Source of the DNA: Bacteroidales bacterium
GTDB taxonomy: Bacteria > Bacteroidota > Bacteroidia > Bacteroidales > Prolixibacteraceae
Assembly (NCBI GenBank): GCA_012522835.1
Contig: JAAYJR010000538.1
Span: forward strand, 1-51,963
Direction: 5' to 3'
Length of the DNA stretch: 51,963 bases
Made by a program: the position numbers and the translations under genes. Below, piece by piece: positions 1-8,523 of this stretch (its first letter is position 1; each line of letters opens with the position of its first letter). A model generated the notes under the pieces. That model was given only the letters and a program-made list of their open reading frames with translations. It made no database searches and was not told the origin of the DNA.

Positions 1-1878
1 AATTCATGGTCGAAAAATGTAATGCATGAATGTACCATTACTAATCCAAAAACAGTCTATAATCTGGCAAATACAGGCATATGGGGAGAAGCTGTGCGGC
101 AGCGAAGGGAGATTCTTGTTAACGATTTTCATGCGCCCCATCCTCTGAAAAAAGGTTATCCCAAAGGACATGCAGCTTTGTATAAGTTTCTTACAGTACC
201 TGTTTTAAATGATAATAAGATCGTAGCTGTTATAGGAGTTGCAATTAAAGAGACAAACTATGATATTAATGATGTAGTACAGCTAAGGCTTCTGTTAGAC
301 GGAGTGTGGAAAGAGGTAGAGAGAAAAAAAAGCAGGGATGCTCTGTTACAGTCAGAACAAAACTTTAAAACTTCTATTGCATACTCCCCATTGGGCATAA
401 GAATTCTGGATAAAAAAGGAAAAACCGTTTTCGTGAATAAAAAATTCCTGGAACTGTATGAATATACTAATCTGGATGAATATAATTCAATTTCGGCAAA
501 AGAAAGGTATACTGAAGAGAGTTACCTGCAACGCGAGGAACGGAAAAAAATAAGACAAAAAGGGGATGAGGTCAATGATTATGAAATAGGAATAAAAACT
601 AAAAATAACGAAATCAGAAATCTTAAGGTTATCCGCAAAAATGTCCAATGGAACGGCACCAGCCATTACCAGGTTATATATCAGGATATTACTGAGCAGA
701 AAAAATTAACTACTGAATTACTGAAGGCAAAAGAGAAAGCAGAAGAAAGCGACAGGCTGAAATCTGCATTCCTTGCCAATATGAGCCACGAAATACGCAC
801 TCCCATGAATGGAATAATGGGTTTTGCCGAGCTGCTGAAGGAAAGTGAGAATATTGATAAAAACACGAGGCAACAATATATAAACCTCATCGAAAAAAGC
901 GGACAACGTATGCTCAATATCATTAATGATATTATTGATATTTCAAAAATTGAAGCCGGACAAATGAAAATTAATATTAAAAGTTCAAATGTCAATAAGC
1001 AGATCAAATATCTCTATAAATTTTTCAAACCTGAGGTCGAGGATAAAGGCATGCAACTTTTCTTTATTAATAATCTTCCTGATAAAGAAGCCGTTATAAA
1101 TACAGACAGTGAAAAATTCTATGCAATACTGGCAAACCTCATTAAAAATGCCATTAAATATTCACAGAAAGGATTTATAAAATTTGGCTACAAAAAAAAG
1201 GGAAACTATCTTGAGTTTTTTGTCAAAGATACGGGTATCGGGATTCCTGAAGAGAGGCAGAAAGCTATATTTGAAAGGTTTATACAGGCTGATATTGACA
1301 ATAAGATGGCACTTCATGGTGCCGGGCTGGGCCTGTCTATCTCAAAAGCATACGCCGAAATGCTCGGTGGTGAAATTTGGGTAGAGAGCAAGGAAGGCAT
1401 TGGTTCAACATTCTATTTTAATCTTCCCTATAATACGGAAACACAACTAAAAACTAAAAGAAAAAAAGATATTCATTCAGAAAACAGGCAATTTAATTTC
1501 GAAAAACTAAAAATACTGATAACTGAAGATGATGAAATCTCATTCATCCTTCTTAACTATATAATCAAAGAATTCGGTAAAGAAATTATTAATGCAAAAA
1601 CCGGCTATGAAGCTGTTGACGAATGCCGTAACAATCCCGATATTGACCTGATACTTATGGATATTCAGATTCCTGAAATGGACGGACTGGAAACAACAAG
1701 GAGGATTCGTGAATTTAATAAGGATGTTGTTATTATTGCCCAGACTGCATACGGGCTGACAGGTGACCGGGAAAAATGTCTGGAGGCTGGCTGCAACGAT
1801 TATATAGTCAAGCCTGTCAATAAAAATAACTTATTGAAATTATTACAAAAATACTTTGAAAATAATGGAAGTAATTGA
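1..1878 (+). CDS. Hybrid sensor histidine kinase/response regulator (GAF-PAS-HisKA-HATPase_c-REC); 5' end probably lies outside the window
   Basis: ORF 22..1878, but the frame stays open back to nt 1 (NSWSKNV precedes the first Met). H-box SHEIRTPMNGIMGF, N-box LIKNAIKYS, G1 DTGIGI, G2 GAGLGLSISK. C-terminal receiver ILITEDD...LILMDIQIPEMDG...VKP. Confidence 0.85.
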   Translation, partial: NSWSKNVMHECTITNPKTVYNLANTGIWGEAVRQRREILVNDFHAPHPLKKGYPKGHAALYKFLTVPVLNDNKIVAVIGVAIKETNYDINDVVQLRLLLDGVWKEVERKKSRDALLQSEQNFKTSIAYSPLGIRILDKKGKTVFVNKKFLELYEYTNLDEYNSISAKERYTEESYLQREERKKIRQKGDEVNDYEIGIKTKNNEIRNLKVIRKNVQWNGTSHYQVIYQDITEQKKLTTELLKAKEKAEESDRLKSAFLANMSHEIRTPMNGIMGFAELLKESENIDKNTRQQYINLIEKSGQRMLNIINDIIDISKIEAGQMKINIKSSNVNKQIKYLYKFFKPEVEDKGMQLFFINNLPDKEAVINTDSEKFYAILANLIKNAIKYSQKGFIKFGYKKKGNYLEFFVKDTGIGIPEERQKAIFERFIQADIDNKMALHGAGLGLSISKAYAEMLGGEIWVESKEGIGSTFYFNLPYNTETQLKTKRKKDIHSENRQFNFEKLKILITEDDEISFILLNYIIKEFGKEIINAKTGYEAVDECRNNPDIDLILMDIQIPEMDGLETTRRIREFNKDVVIIAQTAYGLTGDREKCLEAGCNDYIVKPVNKNNLLKLLQKYFENNGSN

Positions 1879-1919
1879 AGTCAATTAATTATCTGTCCTT
1901 CACTAAGGACAATTGACTT
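1878..1919. terminator. Compound hairpin at the junction of two convergent genes; candidate bidirectional terminator
   Basis: AAGTCAATT (1878-1886) pairs with AATTGACTT (1911-1919). An inner stem GTCCTT-CACT-AAGGAC lies at 1895-1910. The structure starts at the last base of the kinase stop codon and lies inside the 3' end of the ABC ATPase CDS. Confidence 0.3.
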
Positions 1920-2531
1920 TGTGGCATATTTGGCTGCCGCTCCGGGATTGTGAGATACCAGGATCACTGCTTTGCCGCCCTTATGAAATTCCCCTATAAG
2001 TGACAGTATTACCTCACTGTTAACAGGGTCAAGGTTACCGGTAGGTTCATCGGCGAGTAAAATATCGGGACTGGTAATTATTGCACGAATAAATGCTGTT
2101 CTCTGTTTTTCACCTACGCTCAGTTCTGAAGGATATTTATTTTCTAATGGAAGAATTGAACACTTCTCCATATACTCATTTATTTTTCTTCTGTTTACCG
2201 GCTTCGGACAAACCATTTTAATATTCTCAAAAACAGTTAAATATGGAAGAAGATGAAACTGCTGAAATACAAATCCTACATTCCTCTTGCGATATAACTC
2301 CAATTCTTTGCCGGTAAATAAATTTATATTCTTCCCTTTAAATAATACCTGTCCGGAATCAGGACGGATCAATCCGCCAATTGTATGCAGCAGTGTCGAT
2401 TTCCCGCTGCCACTGGGACCGTTAACAACAATAAAATCACCTTCATCAACCTTGAAAGAAACCTCATTAAGAGCTGTAAATATGTTATTATTCTTTGTAT
2501 ACTTCTTGGTTAATTTAACAATATCCAACAT
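1881..2531 (-). CDS. ABC transporter ATP-binding protein, MacB/LolD-type
   Basis: Walker A GPSGSGKSTLL, ABC signature LSVGEKQRTAFIRAI, Walker B ILLADEPTGNLD, H-loop VSHN. ATG start. Sits downstream of an FtsX permease gene. Confidence 0.9.
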   Translation of the reverse strand: MLDIVKLTKKYTKNNNIFTALNEVSFKVDEGDFIVVNGPSGSGKSTLLHTIGGLIRPDSGQVLFKGKNINLFTGKELELYRKRNVGFVFQQFHLLPYLTVFENIKMVCPKPVNRRKINEYMEKCSILPLENKYPSELSVGEKQRTAFIRAIITSPDILLADEPTGNLDPVNSEVILSLIGEFHKGGKAVILVSHNPGAAAKYATKSIVLSEGQIIN

Positions 2532-2602
2532 TGCAGAATTTTTAATTTATTAAGCAGAAAATTTATTAAAGATTTTATGTTGATCACTGTAGATATTTTA
2601 GT

Positions 2603-3769
2603 TCATTCTGAGCTCAGGGTCCTGGCAGCATCTACCTGGGTAGCCATTAAAGCGGGGATCCAGCCTGAAAGTGTCCACAAAACAGGAAATATAAAAATGA
2701 CATAACCCAATACATTCCAAAGCGGTTCAATATCCTGAGCTGTAAACCTGAAAATCTCTCTTCCGAAATACTCTGCTATTGCGGTTCCTGCAAAAAAGCC
2801 TATAATGGTCCCTGCAAGTCCAAGTAAAAATGCTTTCATCATAATTATAAGCAAAATATAATATTTACTCTTACCTGTTGCTATCATTATCCCAATCTCC
2901 CGGCGACGCGTAACTACATTAGAATAAAACAGAAGTCCGGATATCAATAATGCAGAAAGAATTACGAAAGGGATAATGAATGAACCATATTTATTCATCA
3001 TCAACCTCTGGTTCTCACGTGCATCTGCGATACTTCCAATCTCAGCAACCTCAAGGTCAGAGAATATAGCCTGAACCTGGCTTCTGGCATTTTTAATCCT
3101 TCCGTCGTGGCAGACACACCCCAGAGCTTCAATCTTATTAATCTGACCCTCCATTCCCAGGACCTGCTGAAGGTCTTCAAGATAGAATGCCACTCCCTGA
3201 TCCAGCATTCCTTTTCCCTCCTCTAACCTCTTGGTAATTGGAAATTCATATATTTTCCCATTCTTTCCCCTGATTTTGAACAGATCTCCTTCAGGGATAT
3301 TTGTTGAAATCAGAGAACCTACATGAACAGTTCCTTTAGGAACATCAAATCCCATAGTCTCCTGTCCCGGCAGATACCGCTGAACTGCTTCATCCTTATA
3401 GCCGGCTACAAGTATCTGATGTCGTGATCCGTTAGGGTCGGTCCAGTCAGGATATTTAAGCTGCAAAATACCAGTAAGGTGTCTGACTGCATCAAATGTT
3501 TTGGATTCTGCCAGAACATCAACATAATTTTCAGGAAACACAGGTGTATTGTTGACAGAATAAAAATCTATCAGGTTTGTGCCTTTTGGGTAAATATAGA
3601 GGTTAAGTCCCTGTTCTCTCATTATTTTGCGGGTTTCATTCTCACTGGCCCTGCTTAGGGAATATATTGCTACAGAAACAGTACCTGCTACAATAACTGT
3701 CAGTAAAATAATGAAGGAATTCACCTTCCGGTAAAATATCTCTTTTATTACCAGTATTACGGCGTTCAT
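2603..3769 (-). CDS. ABC transporter permease, FtsX/MacB family (4 TM segments with a large extracytoplasmic domain)
   Basis: N-terminal TM, then roughly 220 aa of soluble domain, then three C-terminal TMs. FtsX-type motif RRREIGIMIATGKS...AFLLGLAGTIIGFFAG. C-terminal PALMATQVDAARTL. Confidence 0.85.
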   Translation of the reverse strand: MNAVILVIKEIFYRKVNSFIILLTVIVAGTVSVAIYSLSRASENETRKIMREQGLNLYIYPKGTNLIDFYSVNNTPVFPENYVDVLAESKTFDAVRHLTGILQLKYPDWTDPNGSRHQILVAGYKDEAVQRYLPGQETMGFDVPKGTVHVGSLISTNIPEGDLFKIRGKNGKIYEFPITKRLEEGKGMLDQGVAFYLEDLQQVLGMEGQINKIEALGCVCHDGRIKNARSQVQAIFSDLEVAEIGSIADARENQRLMMNKYGSFIIPFVILSALLISGLLFYSNVVTRRREIGIMIATGKSKYYILLIIMMKAFLLGLAGTIIGFFAGTAIAEYFGREIFRFTAQDIEPLWNVLGYVIFIFPVLWTLSGWIPALMATQVDAARTLSSE

Positions 3770-3770
3770 A

Positions 3771-3992
3771 TTACAATCTTTTTTTATTCCGGTAAAAAAA
3801 ATAAACAGTTAACACCACCACAGTAATAACAATAATAATTCCTGTAATGACAATAGAAATCTGCAGAGAGTTATCATCTTTCATCTCAAACACTTCCGGT
3901 TGATATGTGTTGAGCCCGTCCCTCTGGTCAGTGAGCCATTTAGGCAATGGCCGTGTACTAAGTGAATCATATATTGCAGAATCCTGGTTCAT
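3771..3992 (-). CDS. Small single-pass membrane protein (73 aa), unknown function
   Basis: ATG start immediately follows the stop of the upstream gene. Its own stop lies 1 nt before the permease ATG. C-terminal hydrophobic helix ISIVITGIIIVITVVVLTVYFFY is followed by RNKKRL. I recognise no family. Confidence 0.55.
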   Translation of the reverse strand: MNQDSAIYDSLSTRPLPKWLTDQRDGLNTYQPEVFEMKDDNSLQISIVITGIIIVITVVVLTVYFFYRNKKRL

Positions 3993-4781
3993 CTATCTGT
4001 GTAATAGAGAAGGATTGGCATCCAGAATAACATTGACAAGGGCAGGTGAAGGTCTTTCCCAGTCAGCCTTACAAAGGATACTTACTCCCGGGAGGTTATC
4101 CTTTATGAGACAGCTGCAATCAGCTGTAAGAAAATCAATCAACAATTTAATATTATCTTCTGTTATGCCTCTTCCCAAAAGCGGTTCAAGCGCCCTGAAC
4201 CTTCCGAAAACCCCGAACAGCATTGGCTCATCTATCTCTTTAAGGTCACTTTCAACATTAAGCAGCAGCGAGACAAGATGCTTTTCGGTCGTGCTGCCCC
4301 TGTCTATTTCAATCAAAGTGATTATTTCACTGAATGGGGAGGAATCAAGACTTTTCTTTATTACCTGCAAACCCTGATTATCTTTTTCACTGTTTCCACT
4401 TTTCAGATATAGCATAACACAAAGTTTTCCAGCCAAAAGCTCTTCGACAACCTTATCTCTCACCGGGGAGGTATTGATGCTTTTAACTGAGCTGGAATCA
4501 TCATATTCACCAAAAAGCCTGTTGCCATAGTATAACGCATAATAAGGGTCACTAACAGCTTGCTTAACCTCTGATTTAAATACTATATTTGTTGTTTCCG
4601 ACCATCTTTCCAGCTCCTTATGTTGGGTTACTACTTCCGTAGCCTGATCACCTTTATGATAATAAACCAGCCTGTACTTATCAGCAAATGAATTCAGTAA
4701 TACCCACTCAGAAACTTTAGTGGTGCATGCCATACTTATGATAGCTGCAATTAATAATGTTTTCAGGTAAACAGGCTTCAT
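3993..4781 (-). CDS. Uncharacterised lipoprotein (262 aa) with a C-terminal CSC motif
   Basis: Signal peptide with a lipobox-like IISMAC. Conserved-looking C-terminal block EPMLFGVFGRFRALEPLLGRGITEDNIKLLIDFLTADCSCLIKDNLPGVSILCKADWE. I cannot assign a characterised family from memory. Confidence 0.6.
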   Translation of the reverse strand: MKPVYLKTLLIAAIISMACTTKVSEWVLLNSFADKYRLVYYHKGDQATEVVTQHKELERWSETTNIVFKSEVKQAVSDPYYALYYGNRLFGEYDDSSSVKSINTSPVRDKVVEELLAGKLCVMLYLKSGNSEKDNQGLQVIKKSLDSSPFSEIITLIEIDRGSTTEKHLVSLLLNVESDLKEIDEPMLFGVFGRFRALEPLLGRGITEDNIKLLIDFLTADCSCLIKDNLPGVSILCKADWERPSPALVNVILDANPSLLHR

Positions 4782-4787
4782 GTTTAA

Positions 4788-7700
4788 TTATTTTTGTGAT
4801 AAATTTTCCTGAACCAGTTCAATTCCGCATATCAGGGTCTTACCTGCCCGCGGGATTAACTCAACCTTAATACTGCTGCCGGCTTTTATACCATGAAACG
4901 ATTTAACAATCTCCTTATCCGGCTTACCGGCCTCCTTTACAATATCAAATTCTTCAGCCACAATTTCTCCCTGTATTTTTATATCAAACATCCTTTCTCC
5001 CTGCTTTTTATCCTCCAGCTCAGAGAAATAGAGCCTCACAGTATACGACGATTCAGGAATATTATTGTCATCAGCCAACCCAATTTCAAAATTTTTAATT
5101 CCTACAAGAGCGCTTGAGCTGATCCAGGGAGTATTTTCAGATATTATAGAAAATGGCTCTTTCCTGATCTTAAGAATATCGATTGTATCAATAGTAACGG
5201 GAATTTCCGGCGGTGCTCCTGAAACATAAGGAAACTCGAACCACAAGACATTATCATCCGAACTTCTGTCGCCCGGCGCATTGAAATTCAGTCCCAGCTG
5301 TTTTACCGGGTTACCGTTCCATTTATAATTACTGTTTGTCCAGTAAGACATCCACGGCATATTTATAAGAGCCAGCGATGTCTGGTTCTGGTAAGCACAC
5401 TGACAAGTCCTGGTATAGTCGGGAGAATTCAATACACCATCGGCAACTATCAGGTTGGTTGAGCAGCCGGGCTTCCAGCCACCCAGACTTCCTGTCCCTT
5501 CAAAAGCTTCAAGGTTAATAAAACCTGCTGAAGCTGACCTGAAGGTGAGAAGGTACTCGCTTGCAGCCACATAACCGCAGCCATATTCACGCTTATAACT
5601 CCATTTCAGATCTTCGCCGGTTACCGGATCTCTCTCTGTAAGAGGCTCCCCTGTTAAAAGGTGGAATCCTTCTCCACTGGTATATATTTTGTCGTTATGT
5701 ATTATCGGCGGATTACCATATTTAACGGCTTTATCCCATATTTTCTCCTTAGTTACTGCATTATATGCTATCATTCTGTTACCCTCCTCACCGTTCAGCA
5801 TATCCCGTGAAGGCCTTGTTGCCTGCAAAAGCAGCTTATGTTCAGAAGAATACCCAAGCCAAGTCCCGAATATATCATCAGTCTTTTCATATAATTTTTC
5901 ACCTGTTCTTATATCGAGATAAACCAACCTCGATCCTTCAGGAAGGGGTTCTCCCCTCCTTCTCAGTTTTGTTTCAAGGTATTGCGGAAGTTTATCAAGG
6001 CAATACAGAACATCGTCTCCTGCTATCACTGAATTGTGTAAAAATCCGTGATTGGCATTGGTGCTCCATAACCTCTTTCCTGTAAAACGATCCAAAACTA
6101 TCAGTTCTCTGCTGGCAGTGAGATCGTAGTTAGTAAATTTTGGATTTTTGATTCTTATAGAATCATTTTCAAGTCCTGTAAATTCTGAAAAATTATTTCC
6201 CAGGATCAGCAGATCTTCATAAACTCCGATATATCCCAGCTCCTTTGTGTTGTCAGACCCTGTATCAAAGACTTTTACCGTCTCACCGTTTGTTATATCG
6301 ATTAAGCTGCATTTATTGCCCTCTATCAGATAGACAAACTCTTTTGTTGCAATAAAATTTGTTCCCCTTGCATTTGCTCCCGGAAGATGTACCTGGTTAT
6401 ACTTTGGATCGAGCGGATTCTCTTCATCATAAGTCTCATCATAAAATACCAGCCAGTTATCCTCTTTTAGTTGTTCCGATTCTCTTTTCCACAGAACCCT
6501 TCCTGTATATACATCACGGGCACTAATGCAATCTACTCCCTGAATGATCAGTCTTCCATCTATTACCTGTTCACCGGGTCCGTGTCCATGTCTGGGTAAT
6601 ACATCCAGGTTGGAATTCCCGCCAAACCATAAAATTCCAAGTGGCGCTTTTACCAGTTTATCATCTGACTTGACCGTGTTGGCAATATCTCCGTAGTTAT
6701 GGGTCCATGGAGAAGCGCCAGGAAGGGAGCCTTCTTTTATTAACATGGGTAATCCACTTTCCCTTACTGTAACGCCCTGAATATTAAGTGCAATAAAATT
6801 TTCAATTATCCTGTCTCTTTCCGAACCTCTGAAACCCAACACAATTTTTCCGCCATAAGGGCGTGTTATTTCATATATCTGTTCAAGGAGGTCATCATCA
6901 TTATAGTTAATATAAAAAGGATCATTTATAATAGTGAGGTTTGAGATATATTTTGGCAATGCCGGAAATTGATCTTTGTACTGAAGAAAACTAATACGTT
7001 CGGCTATGATTCCCGCCTCATCATAATATTCACGAAGGGAGTTAACTCTCCCTTTATCCTTTTCATAAACAATAATATTAAGGTCAGTACCCGAAAGCAA
7101 ACCATTCAGCAACTTTGTGTCCTCTCCGCCGAATACCAGGCAGTATCCTTCAGACACCCCTGACTGCCGGATTATTTTCCGGGCTTTCGAAGACCCCCTT
7201 TTCAGTCCCGTCTTATCTTTGCCTAATCTGGTAATCTCTTGTACCGGAGTATCACCAAATGTCATTATATCCCCATTTTCCGTTACAGCAATAAGCTTTC
7301 CGTTTGCTGCAACAAGCCGTTCAATCTTCACATCAGAATCAAAACTCCATATAACTTCAGGCACTTTACCAGGAGTAATCCTTACTGCTGTAATCCCCTC
7401 CCTACCGCCGGCATAAAGACAATCACCGGCTTTTATAAGGTCGCCTGATGCATCTGCATTAATACTCCACAATGAATCGAGAGTCTTATCGTCGTTCAGT
7501 CTCGATGCCCTAATTTTATTTCCTGAGAAATAGATATTATTTCCGTCAATAACAGGATACTCTCCGGCATCTTTAGTAAGTCTCTCACCCGTTTCCGCAT
7601 CATACATCCAGGTCTCTCTCCATCTGTGATGGTTAAAAAACACCTTATCGTTCGCACAAGTAAAAGCACCTCCTGTCTTCCCGCTGGCAGCAAGTCTGTA

Positions 7701-8495
7701 ATAAATTTTCTCTCCTGATTTTTTATCAAATGCTGCAGGAACAGAACGGCCTCCGGCAACTAGTAATTTATCACCGCTGATAGTGAAAGTACCCTGTGGC
7801 GCCACATCTGCAAATGCCGGAGAGTTATGAGGCTGTAATATATAATTACTTCCGGTACCTTCATTTTTCCAGATGATATCCCCGGTTTCAGCATCCAGCG
7901 CATAAATAAAAGTCCCCATAAGCGGAAAGATGCTTGCAGCAGTATAAATGATATCGTCTTCAAGTACTATACCTCCCCTTGCGGGCCACATTGAGATCAG
8001 TCGTTTATTGCCAAGAAGTTTATTTTCTGCAGGAGCCAGAAACCTTTTCCATATAATTGAACCGTCTGATGTATTAAGGCAATAGCAGTAACCGTCATCT
8101 CCTGTAAACACTATTTTGCCGTTATAAATTGTGAGTGGCAGCCTTACAGGGCCGTCAGCATAAAAATGCCATATCTCTTTGCCTGTATTAATATCCATAG
8201 CCACGACCTTATCCTGATCGTTGAACCCGACAAAAATTTTATTATCTGCCACAACAGGCTCCAGTATCCTGTCGAATTGCATTAAGTTCCGGTTAAGGGG
8301 ATCATCCCAAACGGGTATTCTTACAGAAAATTTTGCCTGCCACTGAAGGTAAAGTTCATCAGCCAGTTTTCCGGATGTGGAAGCTGACCTGTTTTTATCA
8401 TAACGCCACATTGGCCAGTCATTACCAGCCTTTAATGGATGATAACTGTTCAGAAAAAATATTATCCATAAAAAAATAAATATTTTCAGCTTCAT
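4788..8495 (-). CDS. Giant secreted protein: two PQQ/BamB-like beta-propellers, a central Rossmann/methyltransferase-like insert and a C-terminal malectin-like domain
   Basis: The track ORF starts at a TTG (8519). I prefer the ATG at 8495, which gives MKLKIFIFLWIIFFLNS as a signal peptide. WPMWRYDKNRS plus repeated propeller-blade patterns (G..IW.., DG..Y.LD..TG). Central GYCLVFGGEDTKLL...IIVYEKD. C-terminus YTVRLYFSELEDKKQGERMFDIKIQGE is malectin-like. Confidence 0.7.
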   Translation of the reverse strand: MKLKIFIFLWIIFFLNSYHPLKAGNDWPMWRYDKNRSASTSGKLADELYLQWQAKFSVRIPVWDDPLNRNLMQFDRILEPVVADNKIFVGFNDQDKVVAMDINTGKEIWHFYADGPVRLPLTIYNGKIVFTGDDGYCYCLNTSDGSIIWKRFLAPAENKLLGNKRLISMWPARGGIVLEDDIIYTAASIFPLMGTFIYALDAETGDIIWKNEGTGSNYILQPHNSPAFADVAPQGTFTISGDKLLVAGGRSVPAAFDKKSGEKIYYRLAASGKTGGAFTCANDKVFFNHHRWRETWMYDAETGERLTKDAGEYPVIDGNNIYFSGNKIRASRLNDDKTLDSLWSINADASGDLIKAGDCLYAGGREGITAVRITPGKVPEVIWSFDSDVKIERLVAANGKLIAVTENGDIMTFGDTPVQEITRLGKDKTGLKRGSSKARKIIRQSGVSEGYCLVFGGEDTKLLNGLLSGTDLNIIVYEKDKGRVNSLREYYDEAGIIAERISFLQYKDQFPALPKYISNLTIINDPFYINYNDDDLLEQIYEITRPYGGKIVLGFRGSERDRIIENFIALNIQGVTVRESGLPMLIKEGSLPGASPWTHNYGDIANTVKSDDKLVKAPLGILWFGGNSNLDVLPRHGHGPGEQVIDGRLIIQGVDCISARDVYTGRVLWKRESEQLKEDNWLVFYDETYDEENPLDPKYNQVHLPGANARGTNFIATKEFVYLIEGNKCSLIDITNGETVKVFDTGSDNTKELGYIGVYEDLLILGNNFSEFTGLENDSIRIKNPKFTNYDLTASRELIVLDRFTGKRLWSTNANHGFLHNSVIAGDDVLYCLDKLPQYLETKLRRRGEPLPEGSRLVYLDIRTGEKLYEKTDDIFGTWLGYSSEHKLLLQATRPSRDMLNGEEGNRMIAYNAVTKEKIWDKAVKYGNPPIIHNDKIYTSGEGFHLLTGEPLTERDPVTGEDLKWSYKREYGCGYVAASEYLLTFRSASAGFINLEAFEGTGSLGGWKPGCSTNLIVADGVLNSPDYTRTCQCAYQNQTSLALINMPWMSYWTNSNYKWNGNPVKQLGLNFNAPGDRSSDDNVLWFEFPYVSGAPPEIPVTIDTIDILKIRKEPFSIISENTPWISSSALVGIKNFEIGLADDNNIPESSYTVRLYFSELEDKKQGERMFDIKIQGEIVAEEFDIVKEAGKPDKEIVKSFHGIKAGSSIKVELIPRAGKTLICGIELVQENLSQK

Positions 8496-8523
8496 GACAA
8501 ATAAATTAGAATTCCGCAATCAG

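Noticed and set aside
681-1007. Many 60-165-aa ORFs antisense to or nested within long genes. Examples are 681..1007, 3907..4377, 8932..9300, 11376..11870, 12671..13078, 30464..30793, 36657..37100, 39921..40364 and 45183..45662.
   Set aside because: They lie wholly inside well-supported genes on the opposite strand or in another frame. Their compositions are low-complexity or Ser/Leu/Ile-rich, as expected of shadow ORFs in AT-rich DNA, and I recognise no motifs in them.
8496-8519. Upstream non-ATG starts used by the ORF track: TTG 8519, TTG 12091, GTG 20300, TTG 31349 and GTG 47556.
   Set aside because: In each case an in-frame ATG 6-36 nt downstream gives a cleaner signal peptide or N-terminus and removes an overlap with the neighbouring gene. 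I kept GTG starts only where no ATG alternative exists (9978 and 21729).
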